DNA from: the human T2T-CHM13v2.0 reference genome, Homo sapiens
Assembly (NCBI RefSeq): GCF_009914755.1
Contig: NC_060931.1
DNA: 64,000 nt
Reading direction: 5' to 3' (one strand)
Both the position numbers and the translations under genes were made by a program. The notes under the pieces are model-generated. The model saw only the letters and a program-made list of their open reading frames with translations. It did not search any database and was not told where the DNA came from. Shown in pieces: positions 1-12,900 of the stretch; positions within the stretch are counted from its first letter, which is position 1, and each line of letters starts with the position of its first letter.

Positions 1-216
1 TCTTTTTGCGGAATTTGCAAGTGGAGATTTCTAGCCATTTGATGCCAACAGTAGAAAAGGAAATATCTTCAAATAAAAACCAGACAGAATCATTCTCAGA
101 AAATTCTTTGTGATGTGTGCGTTCAACTCACATAGTTTAACCTTTCTTTTCATAGAGCAGTTTGGAAACACTCTGTTTGTAAAGTCTGCAAGTGGATATA
201 TGGACCGCATTGAGGC

Positions 217-233
217 CTTCGTTGGAAACGGGA
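217..233 (+). promoter_or_regulatory. CENP-B box (canonical), repeated at 217+1022n
   Basis: CTTCGTTGGAAACGGGA, an exact match to the canonical 17-bp CENP-B box. Confidence 0.97.
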
Positions 234-556
234 TTTCTTCATTTCATGCTAGACAGAAGAATTCTCAGTAACTTCTTTGTGCTGTGTGTATTCAACTCAC
301 AGAGTGGAACGTCCCTTTGCACAGAGCAGATTTGAAACACTCTTTTTGTGGAGTTTGCAAGTGGAGATTTCAAGCGATTTGATGCCAACAGTAGAAAAGG
401 AAATATCTTCAAATAAAAACTAGACAGAATCATTCTCAGAAACTACTTTGTGATGTGTGCCTTCAACTCACAGAGTTTAACCTTTCTTTTCTTAGAGCAG
501 TTTAGAAACACTCTGCTTGTTATGTCTGCAAGTGGATATTTGGACCTCTTTGAGGC

Positions 557-573
557 CTTCGTTGCAAACGGGG
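557..573 (+). promoter_or_regulatory. CENP-B box (variant, core positions intact), repeated at 557+1022n
   Basis: CTTCGTTGCAAACGGGG keeps all nine core positions of nTTCGnnnnAnnCGGGn and differs from canonical at two non-core positions. Confidence 0.92.
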
Positions 574-898
574 TTTCTTCCTTTCATGCTAGACTAAGAA
601 GAGTTCTCAGTAACTTTTTTGTGTTGTGTGTATTCAACTCACAGAGTTGAACCTTGCTTTAGAGAGAGCAGATTTGAAACACTCTTGCTGTGGCATTTTC
701 AGGTGGAGATTTCAAGCGATTTGAGGACAATTGCAGAAAAGGAAATATCTTCGTATAATAACCAGACAGAATCATTCTCAGAAAGTGCTTTGTGATGTGT
801 GCGTTCAACTCACAGAGTTTAACCTTTCTTTTCATAGAGGAGTTTGGAAACACACTGTTTGTAAAGTCTGCAAGTGGATATATGGACCTGTTTGAGGC

Positions 899-915
899 CT
901 TCGTTGGAAACGGGA
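899..915 (+). promoter_or_regulatory. CENP-B box (canonical), repeated at 899+1022n
   Basis: CTTCGTTGGAAACGGGA. Box-to-box spacing is 340, 342, 340 bp, so one box in every second monomer and 188 box positions in the window. Confidence 0.97.
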
Positions 916-3900
916 TTTCTTCATTGAATGCTAGACGGAAGAATTCTCAGTAAATTCTTTGTGTTGTGTGCATTCAACTCACAGAGTGGAACGTCCCTTT
1001 AGACAGAGCAGATTTGAAACACTCTTTTTGCGGAATTTGCAAGTGGAGATTTCTAGCCATTTGATGCCAACAGTAGAAAGGGAAATATCTTCAAATAAAA
1101 ACCAGACAGAATCATTCTCAGAAAATTCTTTGTGATGTGTGCGTTCAACTCACATAGTTTAACCTTTCTTTTCATAGAGCAGTTTGGAAACACTCTGTTT
1201 GTAAAGTCTGCAAGTGGATATATGGACCGCATTGAGGCCTTCGTTGGAAACGGGATTTCTTCATTTCATGCTAGACAGAAGAATTCTCAGTAACTTCTTT
1301 GTGCTGTGTGTATTCAACTCACAGAGTGGAACGTCCCTTTGCACAGAGCAGATTTGAAACACTCTTTTTGTGGGGTTTGCAAGTGGAGATTTCAAGCGAT
1401 TTGATGCCAACAGTAGAAAAGGAAATATCTTCAAATAAAAACTAGACAGAATCATTCTCAGAAACTACTTTGTGATGTGTGCCTTCAACTCACACAGTTC
1501 AACCTTTCTTTTCTTAGAGCAGTTTAGAAACACTCTGCTTGTTATGTCTGCAAGTGGATATTTGGACCTCTTTGAGGCCTTCGTTGCAAACGGGGTTTCT
1601 TCCTTTCATGCTAGACTAAGAAGAGTTCTCAGTAACTTTTTTGTGTTGTGTGTATTCAACTCACAGAGTTGAACCTTGCTTTAGAGAGAGCAGATTTGAA
1701 ACACTCTTGCTGTGGCATTTTCAGGTGGAGATTTCAAGCGATTTGAGGACAATTGCAGAAAAGGAAATATCTTCGTATAATAACCAGACAGAATCATTCT
1801 CAGAAAGTGCTTTGTGATGTGTGCGTTCAACTCACAGAGTTTAACCTTTCTTTTCATAGAGGAGTTTGGAAACACACTGTTTGTAAAGTCTGCAAGTGGA
1901 TACATGGACCTGTTTGAGGCCTTCGTTGGAAACGGGATTTCTTCATTGAATGCTAGACGGAAGAATTCTCAGTAAATTCTTTGTGTTGTGTGCATTCAAC
2001 TCACAGAGTGGAACGTCCCTTTAGACAGAGCAGATTTGAAACACTCTTTTTGCGGAATTTGCAAGTGGAGATTTCTAGCCATTTGATGCCAACAGTAGAA
2101 AGGGAAATATCTTCAAATAAAAACCAGACAGAATCATTCTCAGAAAATTCTTTGTGATGTGTGCGTTCAACTCACATAGTTTAACCTTTCTTTTCATAGA
2201 GCAGTTTGGAAACACTCTGTTTGTAAAGTCTGCAAGTGGATATATGGACCGCATTGAGGCCTTCGTTGGAAACGGGATTTCTTCATTTCATGCTAGACAG
2301 AAGAATTCTCAGTAACTTCTTTGTGCTGTGTGTATTCAACTCACAGAGTGGAACGTCCCTTTGCACAGAGCAGATTTGAAACACTCTTTTTGTGGAGTTT
2401 GCAAGTGGAGATTTCAAGCGATTTGATGCCAACAGTAGAAAAGGAAATATCTTCAAATAAAAACTAGACAGAATCATTCTCAGAAACTACTTTGTGATGT
2501 GTGCCTTCAACTCACAGAGTTTAACCTTTCTTTTCTTAGAGCAGTTTAGAAACACTCTGCTTGTTATGTCTGCAAGTGGATATTTGGACCTCTTTGAGGC
2601 CTTCGTTGCAAACGGGGTTTCTTCCTTTCATGCTAGACTAAGAAGAGTTCTCAGTAACTTTTTTGTGTTGTGTGTATTCAACTCACAGAGTTGAACCTTG
2701 CTTTAGAGAGAGCAGATTTGAAACACTCTTGCTGTGGCATTTTCAGGTGGAGATTTCAAGCGATTTGAGGACAATTGCAGAAAAGGAAATATCTTCGTAT
2801 AATAACCAGACAGAATCATTCTCAGAAAGTGCTTTGTGATGTGTGCGTTCAACTCACAGAGTTTAACCTTTCTTTTCATAGAGGAGTTTGGAAACACACT
2901 GTTTGTAAAGTCTGCAAGTGGATACATGGACCTGTTTGAGGCCTTCGTTGGAAACGGGATTTCTTCATTGAATGCTAGACGGAAGAATTCTCAGTAAATT
3001 CTTTGTGTTGTGTGCATTCAACTCACAGAGTGGAACGTCCCTTTAGACAGAGCAGATTTGAAACACTCTTTTTGCGGAATTTGCAAGTGGAGATTTCTAG
3101 CCATTTGATGCCAACAGTAGAAAGGGAAATATCTTCAAATAAAAACCAGACAGAATCATTCTCAGAAAATTCTTTGTGATGTGTGCGTTCAACTCACATA
3201 GTTTAACCTTTCTTTTCATAGAGCAGTTTGGAAACACTCTGTTTGTAAAGTCTGCAAGTGGATATATGGACCGCATTGAGGCCTTCGTTGGAAACGGGAT
3301 TTCTTCATTTCATGCTAGACAGAAGAATTCTCAGTAACTTCTTTGTGCTGTGTGTATTCAACTCACAGAGTGGAACGTCCCTTTGCACAGAGCAGATTTG
3401 AAACACTCTTTTTGTGGAGTTTGCAAGTGGAGATTTCAAGCGATTTGATGCCAACAGTAGAAAAGGAAATATCTTCAAATAAAAACTAGACAGAATCATT
3501 CTCAGAAACTACTTTGTGATGTGTGCCTTCAACTCACAGAGTTTAACCTTTCTTTTCTTAGAGCAGTTTAGAAACACTCTGCTTGTTATGTCTGCAAGTG
3601 GATATTTGGACCTCTTTGAGGCCTTCGTTGCAAACGGGGTTTCTTCCTTTCATGCTAGACTAAGAAGAGTTCTCAGTAACTTTTTTGTGTTGTGTGTATT
3701 CAACTCACAGAGTTGAACCTTGCTTTAGAGAGAGCAGATTTGAAACACTCTTGCTGTGGCATTTTCAGGTGGAGATTTCAAGCGATTTGAGGACAATTGC
3801 AGAAAAGGAAATATCTTCGTATAATAACCAGACAGAATCATTCTCAGAAAGTGCTTTGTGATGTGTGCGTTCAACTCACAGAGTTTAACCTTTCTTTTCA

Positions 3901-6900
3901 TAGAGGAGTTTGGAAACACACTGTTTGTAAAGTCTGCAAGTGGATACATGGACCTGTTTGAGGCCTTCGTTGGAAACGGGATTTCTTCATTGAATGCTAG
4001 ACGGAAGAATTCTCAGTAAATTCTTTGTGTTGTGTGCATTCAACTCACAGAGTGGAACGTCCCTTTAGACAGAGCAGATTTGAAACACTCTTTTTGCGGA
4101 ATTTGCAAGTGGAGATTTCTAGCCATTTGATGCCAACAGTAGAAAGGGAAATATCTTCAAATAAAAACCAGACAGAATCATTCTCAGAAAATTCTTTGTG
4201 ATGTGTGCGTTCAACTCACATAGTTTAACCTTTCTTTTCATAGAGCAGTTTGGAAACACTCTGTTTGTAAAGTCTGCAAGTGGATATATGGACCGCATTG
4301 AGGCCTTCGTTGGAAACGGGATTTCTTCATTTCATGCTAGACAGAAGAATTCTCAGTAACTTCTTTGTGCTGTGTGTATTCAACTCACAGAGTGGAACGT
4401 CCCTTTGCACAGAGCAGATTTGAAACACTCTTTTTGTGGGGTTTGCAAGTGGAGATTTCAAGCGATTTGATGCCAACAGTAGAAAAGGAAATATCTTCAA
4501 ATAAAAACTAGACAGAATCATTCTCAGAAACTACTTTGTGATGTGTGCCTTCAACTCACACAGTTCAACCTTTCTTTTCTTAGAGCAGTTTAGAAACACT
4601 CTGCTTGTTATGTCTGCAAGTGGATATTTGGACCTCTTTGAGGCCTTCGTTGCAAACGGGGTTTCTTCCTTTCATGCTAGACTAAGAAGAGTTCTCAGTA
4701 ACTTTTTTGTGTTGTGTGTATTCAACTCACAGAGTTGAACCTTGCTTTAGAGAGAGCAGATTTGAAACACTCTTGCTGTGGCATTTTCAGGTGGAGATTT
4801 CAAGCGATTTGAGGACAATTGCAGAAAAGGAAATATCTTCGTATAATAACCAGACAGAATCATTCTCAGAAAGTGCTTTGTGATGTGTGCGTTCAACTCA
4901 CAGAGTTTAACCTTTCTTTTCATAGAGGAGTTTGGAAACACACTGTTTGTAAAGTCTGCAAGTGGATACATGGACCTGTTTGAGGCCTTCGTTGGAAACG
5001 GGATTTCTTCATTGAATGCTAGACGGAAGAATTCTCAGTAAATTCTTTGTGTTGTGTGCATTCAACTCACAGAGTGGAACGTCCCTTTAGACAGAGCAGA
5101 TTTGAAACACTCTTTTTGCGGAATTTGCAAGTGGAGATTTCTAGCCATTTGATGCCAACAGTAGAAAGGGAAATATCTTCAAATAAAAACCAGACAGAAT
5201 CATTCTCAGAAAATTCTTTGTGATGTGTGCGTTCAACTCACATAGTTTAACCTTTCTTTTCATAGAGCAGTTTGGAAACACTCTGTTTGTAAAGTCTGCA
5301 AGTGGATATATGGACCGCATTGAGGCCTTCGTTGGAAACGGGATTTCTTCATTTCATGCTAGACAGAAGAATTCTCAGTAACTTCTTTGTGCTGTGTGTA
5401 TTCAACTCACAGAGTGGAACGTCCCTTTGCACAGAGCAGATTTGAAACACTCTTTTTGTGGAGTTTGCAAGTGGAGATTTCAAGCGATTTGATGCCAACA
5501 GTAGAAAAGGAAATATCTTCAAATAAAAACTAGACAGAATCATTCTCAGAAACTACTTTGTGATGTGTGCCTTCAACTCACAGAGTTTAACCTTTCTTTT
5601 CTTAGAGCAGTTTAGAAACACTCTGCTTGTTATGTCTGCAAGTGGATATTTGGACCTCTTTGAGGCCTTCGTTGCAAACGGGGTTTCTTCCTTTCATGCT
5701 AGACTAAGAAGAGTTCTCAGTAACTTTTTTGTGTTGTGTGTATTCAACTCACAGAGTTGAACCTTGCTTTAGAGAGAGCAGATTTGAAACACTCTTGCTG
5801 TGGCATTTTCAGGTGGAGATTTCAAGCGATTTGAGGACAATTGCAGAAAAGGAAATATCTTCGTATAATAACCAGACAGAATCATTCTCAGAAAGTGCTT
5901 TGTGATGTGTGCGTTCAACTCACAGAGTTTAACCTTTCTTTTCATAGAGGAGTTTGGAAACACACTGTTTGTAAAGTCTGCAAGTGGATACATGGACCTG
6001 TTTGAGGCCTTCGTTGGAAACGGGATTTCTTCATTGAATGCTAGACGGAAGAATTCTCAGTAAATTCTTTGTGTTGTGTGCATTCAACTCACAGAGTGGA
6101 ACGTCCCTTTAGACAGAGCAGATTTGAAACACTCTTTTTGCGGAATTTGCAAGTGGAGATTTCTAGCCATTTGATGCCAACAGTAGAAAGGGAAATATCT
6201 TCAAATAAAAACCAGACAGAATCATTCTCAGAAAATTCTTTGTGATGTGTGCGTTCAACTCACATAGTTTAACCTTTCTTTTCATAGAGCAGTTTGGAAA
6301 CACTCTGTTTGTAAAGTCTGCAAGTGGATATATGGACCGCATTGAGGCCTTCGTTGGAAACGGGATTTCTTCATTTCATGCTAGACAGAAGAATTCTCAG
6401 TAACTTCTTTGTGCTGTGTGTATTCAACTCACAGAGTGGAACGTCCCTTTGCACAGAGCAGATTTGAAACACTCTTTTTGTGGAGTTTGCAAGTGGAGAT
6501 TTCAAGCGATTTGATGCCAACAGTAGAAAAGGAAATATCTTCAAATAAAAACTAGACAGAATCATTCTCAGAAACTACTTTGTGATGTGTGCCTTCAACT
6601 CACAGAGTTTAACCTTTCTTTTCTTAGAGCAGTTTAGAAACACTCTGCTTGTTATGTCTGCAAGTGGATATTTGGACCTCTTTGAGGCCTTCGTTGCAAA
6701 CGGGGTTTCTTCCTTTCATGCTAGACTAAGAAGAGTTCTCAGTAACTTTTTTGTGTTGTGTGTATTCAACTCACAGAGTTGAACCTTGCTTTAGAGAGAG
6801 CAGATTTGAAACACTCTTGCTGTGGCATTTTCAGGTGGAGATTTCAAGCGATTTGAGGACAATTGCAGAAAAGGAAATATCTTCGTATAATAACCAGACA

Positions 6901-9900
6901 GAATCATTCTCAGAAAGTGCTTTGTGATGTGTGCGTTCAACTCACAGAGTTTAACCTTTCTTTTCATAGAGGAGTTTGGAAACACACTGTTTGTAAAGTC
7001 TGCAAGTGGATACATGGACCTGTTTGAGGCCTTCGTTGGAAACGGGATTTCTTCATTGAATGCTAGACGGAAGAATTCTCAGTAAATTCTTTGTGTTGTG
7101 TGCATTCAACTCACAGAGTGGAACGTCCCTTTAGACAGAGCAGATTTGAAACACTCTTTTTGCGGAATTTGCAAGTGGAGATTTCTAGCCATTTGATGCC
7201 AACAGTAGAAAGGGAAATATCTTCAAATAAAAACCAGACAGAATCATTCTCAGAAAATTCTTTGTGATGTGTGCGTTCAACTCACATAGTTTAACCTTTC
7301 TTTTCATAGAGCAGTTTGGAAACACTCTGTTTGTAAAGTCTGCAAGTGGATATATGGACCGCATTGAGGCCTTCGTTGGAAACGGGATTTCTTCATTTCA
7401 TGCTAGACAGAAGAATTCTCAGTAACTTCTTTGTGCTGTGTGTATTCAACTCACAGAGTGGAACGTCCCTTTGCACAGAGCAGATTTGAAACACTCTTTT
7501 TGTGGAGTTTGCAAGTGGAGATTTCAAGCGATTTGATGCCAACAGTAGAAAAGGAAATATCTTCAAATAAAAACTAGACAGAATCATTCTCAGAAACTAC
7601 TTTGTGATGTGTGCCTTCAACTCACAGAGTTTAACCTTTCTTTTCTTAGAGCAGTTTAGAAACACTCTGCTTGTTATGTCTGCAAGTGGATATTTGGACC
7701 TCTTTGAGGCCTTCGTTGCAAACGGGGTTTCTTCCTTTCATGCTAGACTAAGAAGAGTTCTCAGTAACTTTTTTGTGTTGTGTGTATTCAACTCACAGAG
7801 TTGAACCTTGCTTTAGAGAGAGCAGATTTGAAACACTCTTGCTGTGGCATTTTCAGGTGGAGATTTCAAGCGATTTGAGGACAATTGCAGAAAAGGAAAT
7901 ATCTTCGTATAATAACCAGACAGAATCATTCTCAGAAAGTGCTTTGTGATGTGTGCGTTCAACTCACAGAGTTTAACCTTTCTTTTCATAGAGGAGTTTG
8001 GAAACACACTGTTTGTAAAGTCTGCAAGTGGATACATGGACCTGTTTGAGGCCTTCGTTGGAAACGGGATTTCTTCATTGAATGCTAGACGGAAGAATTC
8101 TCAGTAAATTCTTTGTGTTGTGTGCATTCAACTCACAGAGTGGAACGTCCCTTTAGACAGAGCAGATTTGAAACACTCTTTTTGCGGAATTTGCAAGTGG
8201 AGATTTCTAGCCATTTGATGCCAACAGTAGAAAGGGAAATATCTTCAAATAAAAACCAGACAGAATCATTCTCAGAAAATTCTTTGTGATGTGTGCGTTC
8301 AACTCACATAGTTTAACCTTTCTTTTCATAGAGCAGTTTGGAAACACTCTGTTTGTAAAGTCTGCAAGTGGATATATGGACCGCATTGAGGCCTTCGTTG
8401 GAAACGGGATTTCTTCATTTCATGCTAGACAGAAGAATTCTCAGTAACTTCTTTGTGCTGTGTGTATTCAACTCACAGAGTGGAACGTCCCTTTGCACAG
8501 AGCAGATTTGAAACACTCTTTTTGTGGGGTTTGCAAGTGGAGATTTCAAGCGATTTGATGCCAACAGTAGAAAAGGAAATATCTTCAAATAAAAACTAGA
8601 CAGAATCATTCTCAGAAACTACTTTGTGATGTGTGCCTTCAACTCACACAGTTCAACCTTTCTTTTCTTAGAGCAGTTTAGAAACACTCTGCTTGTTATG
8701 TCTGCAAGTGGATATTTGGACCTCTTTGAGGCCTTCGTTGCAAACGGGGTTTCTTCCTTTCATGCTAGACTAAGAAGAGTTCTCAGTAACTTTTTTGTGT
8801 TGTGTGTATTCAACTCACAGAGTTGAACCTTGCTTTAGAGAGAGCAGATTTGAAACACTCTTGCTGTGGCATTTTCAGGTGGAGATTTCAAGCGATTTGA
8901 GGACAATTGCAGAAAAGGAAATATCTTCGTATAATAACCAGACAGAATCATTCTCAGAAAGTGCTTTGTGATGTGTGCGTTCAACTCACAGAGTTTAACC
9001 TTTCTTTTCATAGAGGAGTTTGGAAACACACTGTTTGTAAAGTCTGCAAGTGGATACATGGACCTGTTTGAGGCCTTCGTTGGAAACGGGATTTCTTCAT
9101 TGAATGCTAGACGGAAGAATTCTCAGTAAATTTTTTGTGTTGTGTGCATTCAACTCACAGAGTGGAACGTCCCTTTAGACAGAGCAGATTTGAAACACTC
9201 TTTTTGCGGAATTTGCAAGTGGAGATTTCTAGCCATTTGATGCCAACAGTAGAAAGGGAAATATCTTCAAATAAAAACCAGACAGAATCATTCTCAGAAA
9301 ATTCTTTGTGATGTGTGCGTTCAACTCACATAGTTTAACCTTTCTTTTCATAGAGCAGTTTGGAAACACTCTGTTTGTAAAGTCTGCAAGTGGATATATG
9401 GACCGCATTGAGGCCTTCGTTGGAAACGGGATTTCTTCATTTCATGCTAGACAGAAGAATTCTCAGTAACTTCTTTGTGCTGTGTGTATTCAACTCACAG
9501 AGTGGAACGTCCCTTTGCACAGAGCAGATTTGAAACACTCTTTTTGTGGAGTTTGCAAGTGGAGATTTCAAGCGATTTGATGCCAACAGTAGAAAAGGAA
9601 ATATCTTCAAATAAAAACTAGACAGAATCATTCTCAGAAACTACTTTGTGATGTGTGCCTTCAACTCACAGAGTTTAACCTTTCTTTTCTTAGAGCAGTT
9701 TAGAAACACTCTGCTTGTTATGTCTGCAAGTGGATATTTGGACCTCTTTGAGGCCTTCGTTGCAAACGGGGTTTCTTCCTTTCATGCTAGACTAAGAAGA
9801 GTTCTCAGTAACTTTTTTGTGTTGTGTGTATTCAACTCACAGAGTTGAACCTTGCTTTAGAGAGAGCAGATTTGAAACACTCTTGCTGTGGCATTTTCAG

Positions 9901-12900
9901 GTGGAGATTTCAAGCGATTTGAGGACAATTGCAGAAAAGGAAATATCTTCGTATAATAACCAGACAGAATCATTCTCAGAAAGTGCTTTGTGATGTGTGC
10001 GTTCAACTCACAGAGTTTAACCTTTCTTTTCATAGAGGAGTTTGGAAACACACTGTTTGTAAAGTCTGCAAGTGGATACATGGACCTGTTTGAGGCCTTC
10101 GTTGGAAACGGGATTTCTTCATTGAATGCTAGACGGAAGAATTCTCAGTAAATTCTTTGTGTTGTGTGCATTCAACTCACAGAGTGGAACGTCCCTTTAG
10201 ACAGAGCAGATTTGAAACACTCTTTTTGCGGAATTTGCAAGTGGAGATTTCTAGCCATTTGATGCCAACAGTAGAAAGGGAAATATCTTCAAATAAAAAC
10301 CAGACAGAATCATTCTCAGAAAATTCTTTGTGATGTGTGCGTTCAACTCACATAGTTTAACCTTTCTTTTCATAGAGCAGTTTGGAAACACTCTGTTTGT
10401 AAAGTCTGCAAGTGGATATATGGACCGCATTGAGGCCTTCGTTGGAAACGGGATTTCTTCATTTCATGCTAGACAGAAGAATTCTCAGTAACTTCTTTGT
10501 GCTGTGTGTATTCAACTCACAGAGTGGAACGTCCCTTTGCACAGAGCAGATTTGAAACACTCTTTTTGTGGAGTTTGCAAGTGGAGATTTCAAGCGATTT
10601 GATGCCAACAGTAGAAAAGGAAATATCTTCAAATAAAAACTAGACAGAATCATTCTCAGAAACTACTTTGTGATGTGTGCCTTCAACTCACAGAGTTTAA
10701 CCTTTCTTTTCTTAGAGCAGTTTAGAAACACTCTGCTTGTTATGTCTGCAAGTGGATATTTGGACCTCTTTGAGGCCTTCGTTGCAAACGGGGTTTCTTC
10801 CTTTCATGCTAGACTAAGAAGAGTTCTCAGTAACTTTTTTGTGTTGTGTGTATTCAACTCACAGAGTTGAACCTTGCTTTAGAGAGAGCAGATTTGAAAC
10901 ACTCTTGCTGTGGCATTTTCAGGTGGAGATTTCAAGCGATTTGAGGACAATTGCAGAAAAGGAAATATCTTCGTATAATAACCAGACAGAATCATTCTCA
11001 GAAAGTGCTTTGTGATGTGTGCGTTCAACTCACAGAGTTTAACCTTTCTTTTCATAGAGGAGTTTGGAAACACACTGTTTGTAAAGTCTGCAAGTGGATA
11101 CATGGACCTGTTTGAGGCCTTCGTTGGAAACGGGATTTCTTCATTGAATGCTAGACGGAAGAATTCTCAGTAAATTCTTTGTGTTGTGTGCATTCAACTC
11201 ACAGAGTGGAACGTCCCTTTAGACAGAGCAGATTTGAAACACTCTTTTTGCGGAATTTGCAAGTGGAGATTTCTAGCCATTTGATGCCAACAGTAGAAAG
11301 GGAAATATCTTCAAATAAAAACCAGACAGAATCATTCTCAGAAAATTCTTTGTGATGTGTGCGTTCAACTCACATAGTTTAACCTTTCTTTTCATAGAGC
11401 AGTTTGGAAACACTCTGTTTGTAAAGTCTGCAAGTGGATATATGGACCGCATTGAGGCCTTCGTTGGAAACGGGATTTCTTCATTTCATGCTAGACAGAA
11501 GAATTCTCAGTAACTTCTTTGTGCTGTGTGTATTCAACTCACAGAGTGGAACGTCCCTTTGCACAGAGCAGATTTGAAACACTCTTTTTGTGGAGTTTGC
11601 AAGTGGAGATTTCAAGCGATTTGATGCCAACAGTAGAAAAGGAAATATCTTCAAATAAAAACTAGACAGAATCATTCTCAGAAACTACTTTGTGATGTGT
11701 GCCTTCAACTCACAGAGTTTAACCTTTCTTTTCTTAGAGCAGTTTAGAAACACTCTGCTTGTTATGTCTGCAAGTGGATATTTGGACCTCTTTGAGGCCT
11801 TCGTTGCAAACGGGGTTTCTTCCTTTCATGCTAGACTAAGAAGAGTTCTCAGTAACTTTTTTGTGTTGTGTGTATTCAACTCACAGAGTTGAACCTTGCT
11901 TTAGAGAGAGCAGATTTGAAACACTCTTGCTGTGGCATTTTCAGGTGGAGATTTCAAGCGATTTGAGGACAATTGCAGAAAAGGAAATATCTTCGTATAA
12001 TAACCAGACAGAATCATTCTCAGAAAGTGCTTTGTGATGTGTGCGTTCAACTCACAGAGTTTAACCTTTCTTTTCATAGAGGAGTTTGGAAACACACTGT
12101 TTGTAAAGTCTGCAAGTGGATACATGGACCTGTTTGAGGCCTTCGTTGGAAACGGGATTTCTTCATTGAATGCTAGACGGAAGAATTCTCAGTAAATTCT
12201 TTGTGTTGTGTGCATTCAACTCACAGAGTGGAACGTCCCTTTAGACAGAGCAGATTTGAAACACTCTTTTTGCGGAATTTGCAAGTGGAGATTTCTAGCC
12301 ATTTGATGCCAACAGTAGAAAGGGAAATATCTTCAAATAAAAACCAGACAGAATCATTCTCAGAAAATTCTTTGTGATGTGTGCGTTCAACTCACATAGT
12401 TTAACCTTTCTTTTCATAGAGCAGTTTGGAAACACTCTGTTTGTAAAGTCTGCAAGTGGATATATGGACCGCATTGAGGCCTTCGTTGGAAACGGGATTT
12501 CTTCATTTCATGCTAGACAGAAGAATTCTCAGTAACTTCTTTGTGCTGTGTGTATTCAACTCACAGAGTGGAACGTCCCTTTGCACAGAGCAGATTTGAA
12601 ACACTCTTTTTGTGGAGTTTGCAAGTGGAGATTTCAAGCGATTTGATGCCAACAGTAGAAAAGGAAATATCTTCAAATAAAAACTAGACAGAATCATTCT
12701 CAGAAACTACTTTGTGATGTGTGCCTTCAACTCACAGAGTTTAACCTTTCTTTTCTTAGAGCAGTTTAGAAACACTCTGCTTGTTATGTCTGCAAATGGA
12801 TATTTGGACCTCTTTGAGGCCTTCGTTGCAAACGGGGTTTCTTCCTTTCATGCTAGACTAAGAAGAGTTCTCAGTAACTTTTTTGTGTTGTGTGTATTCA

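Larger units (their letters stand above)
91..1112 (+). repeat. First complete HOR unit: monomers 91-259 (169 bp, box), 260-430 (171), 431-601 (171, box), 602-772 (171), 773-941 (169, box), 942-1112 (171)
   Basis: Monomer starts placed at the (C/A)ATTCTCAG or AGTTCTCAG motif at 91, 260, 431, 602, 773, 942 and 1113. Lengths sum to 1022. Confidence 0.93.

Noticed and set aside
386-403. pJalpha-type box at the box-equivalent position of the box-less monomers
   Set aside because: CCAACAGTAGAAAAGGAA and ACAATTGCAGAAAAGGAA match the recalled motif only at the 3' end, so a functional site cannot be claimed.
239-433. 64-aa minus-strand ORF (MILSSFYLK...) repeated in nearly every HOR
   Set aside because: Chance open frame in alpha satellite. 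It is lost in four units through a stop or start change, has no recognisable domain, and its conservation only reflects repeat homogeneity.
450-650. 66-aa plus-strand ORF (MMCAFNS...) in every HOR
   Set aside because: Translation of satellite monomers across a CENP-B box, with no gene context or coding evidence.
755-760. TATAAT (-10/TATA-like) at 755-760 and AATAAA motifs in each unit
   Set aside because: Short AT-rich matches expected in this satellite, with no supporting promoter or transcript context.
659-883. 64/74-aa minus-strand ORF that looks like an on/off switch between units
   Set aside because: The length change comes from one C/T variant creating an ATG. It is useful as a haplotype marker only.
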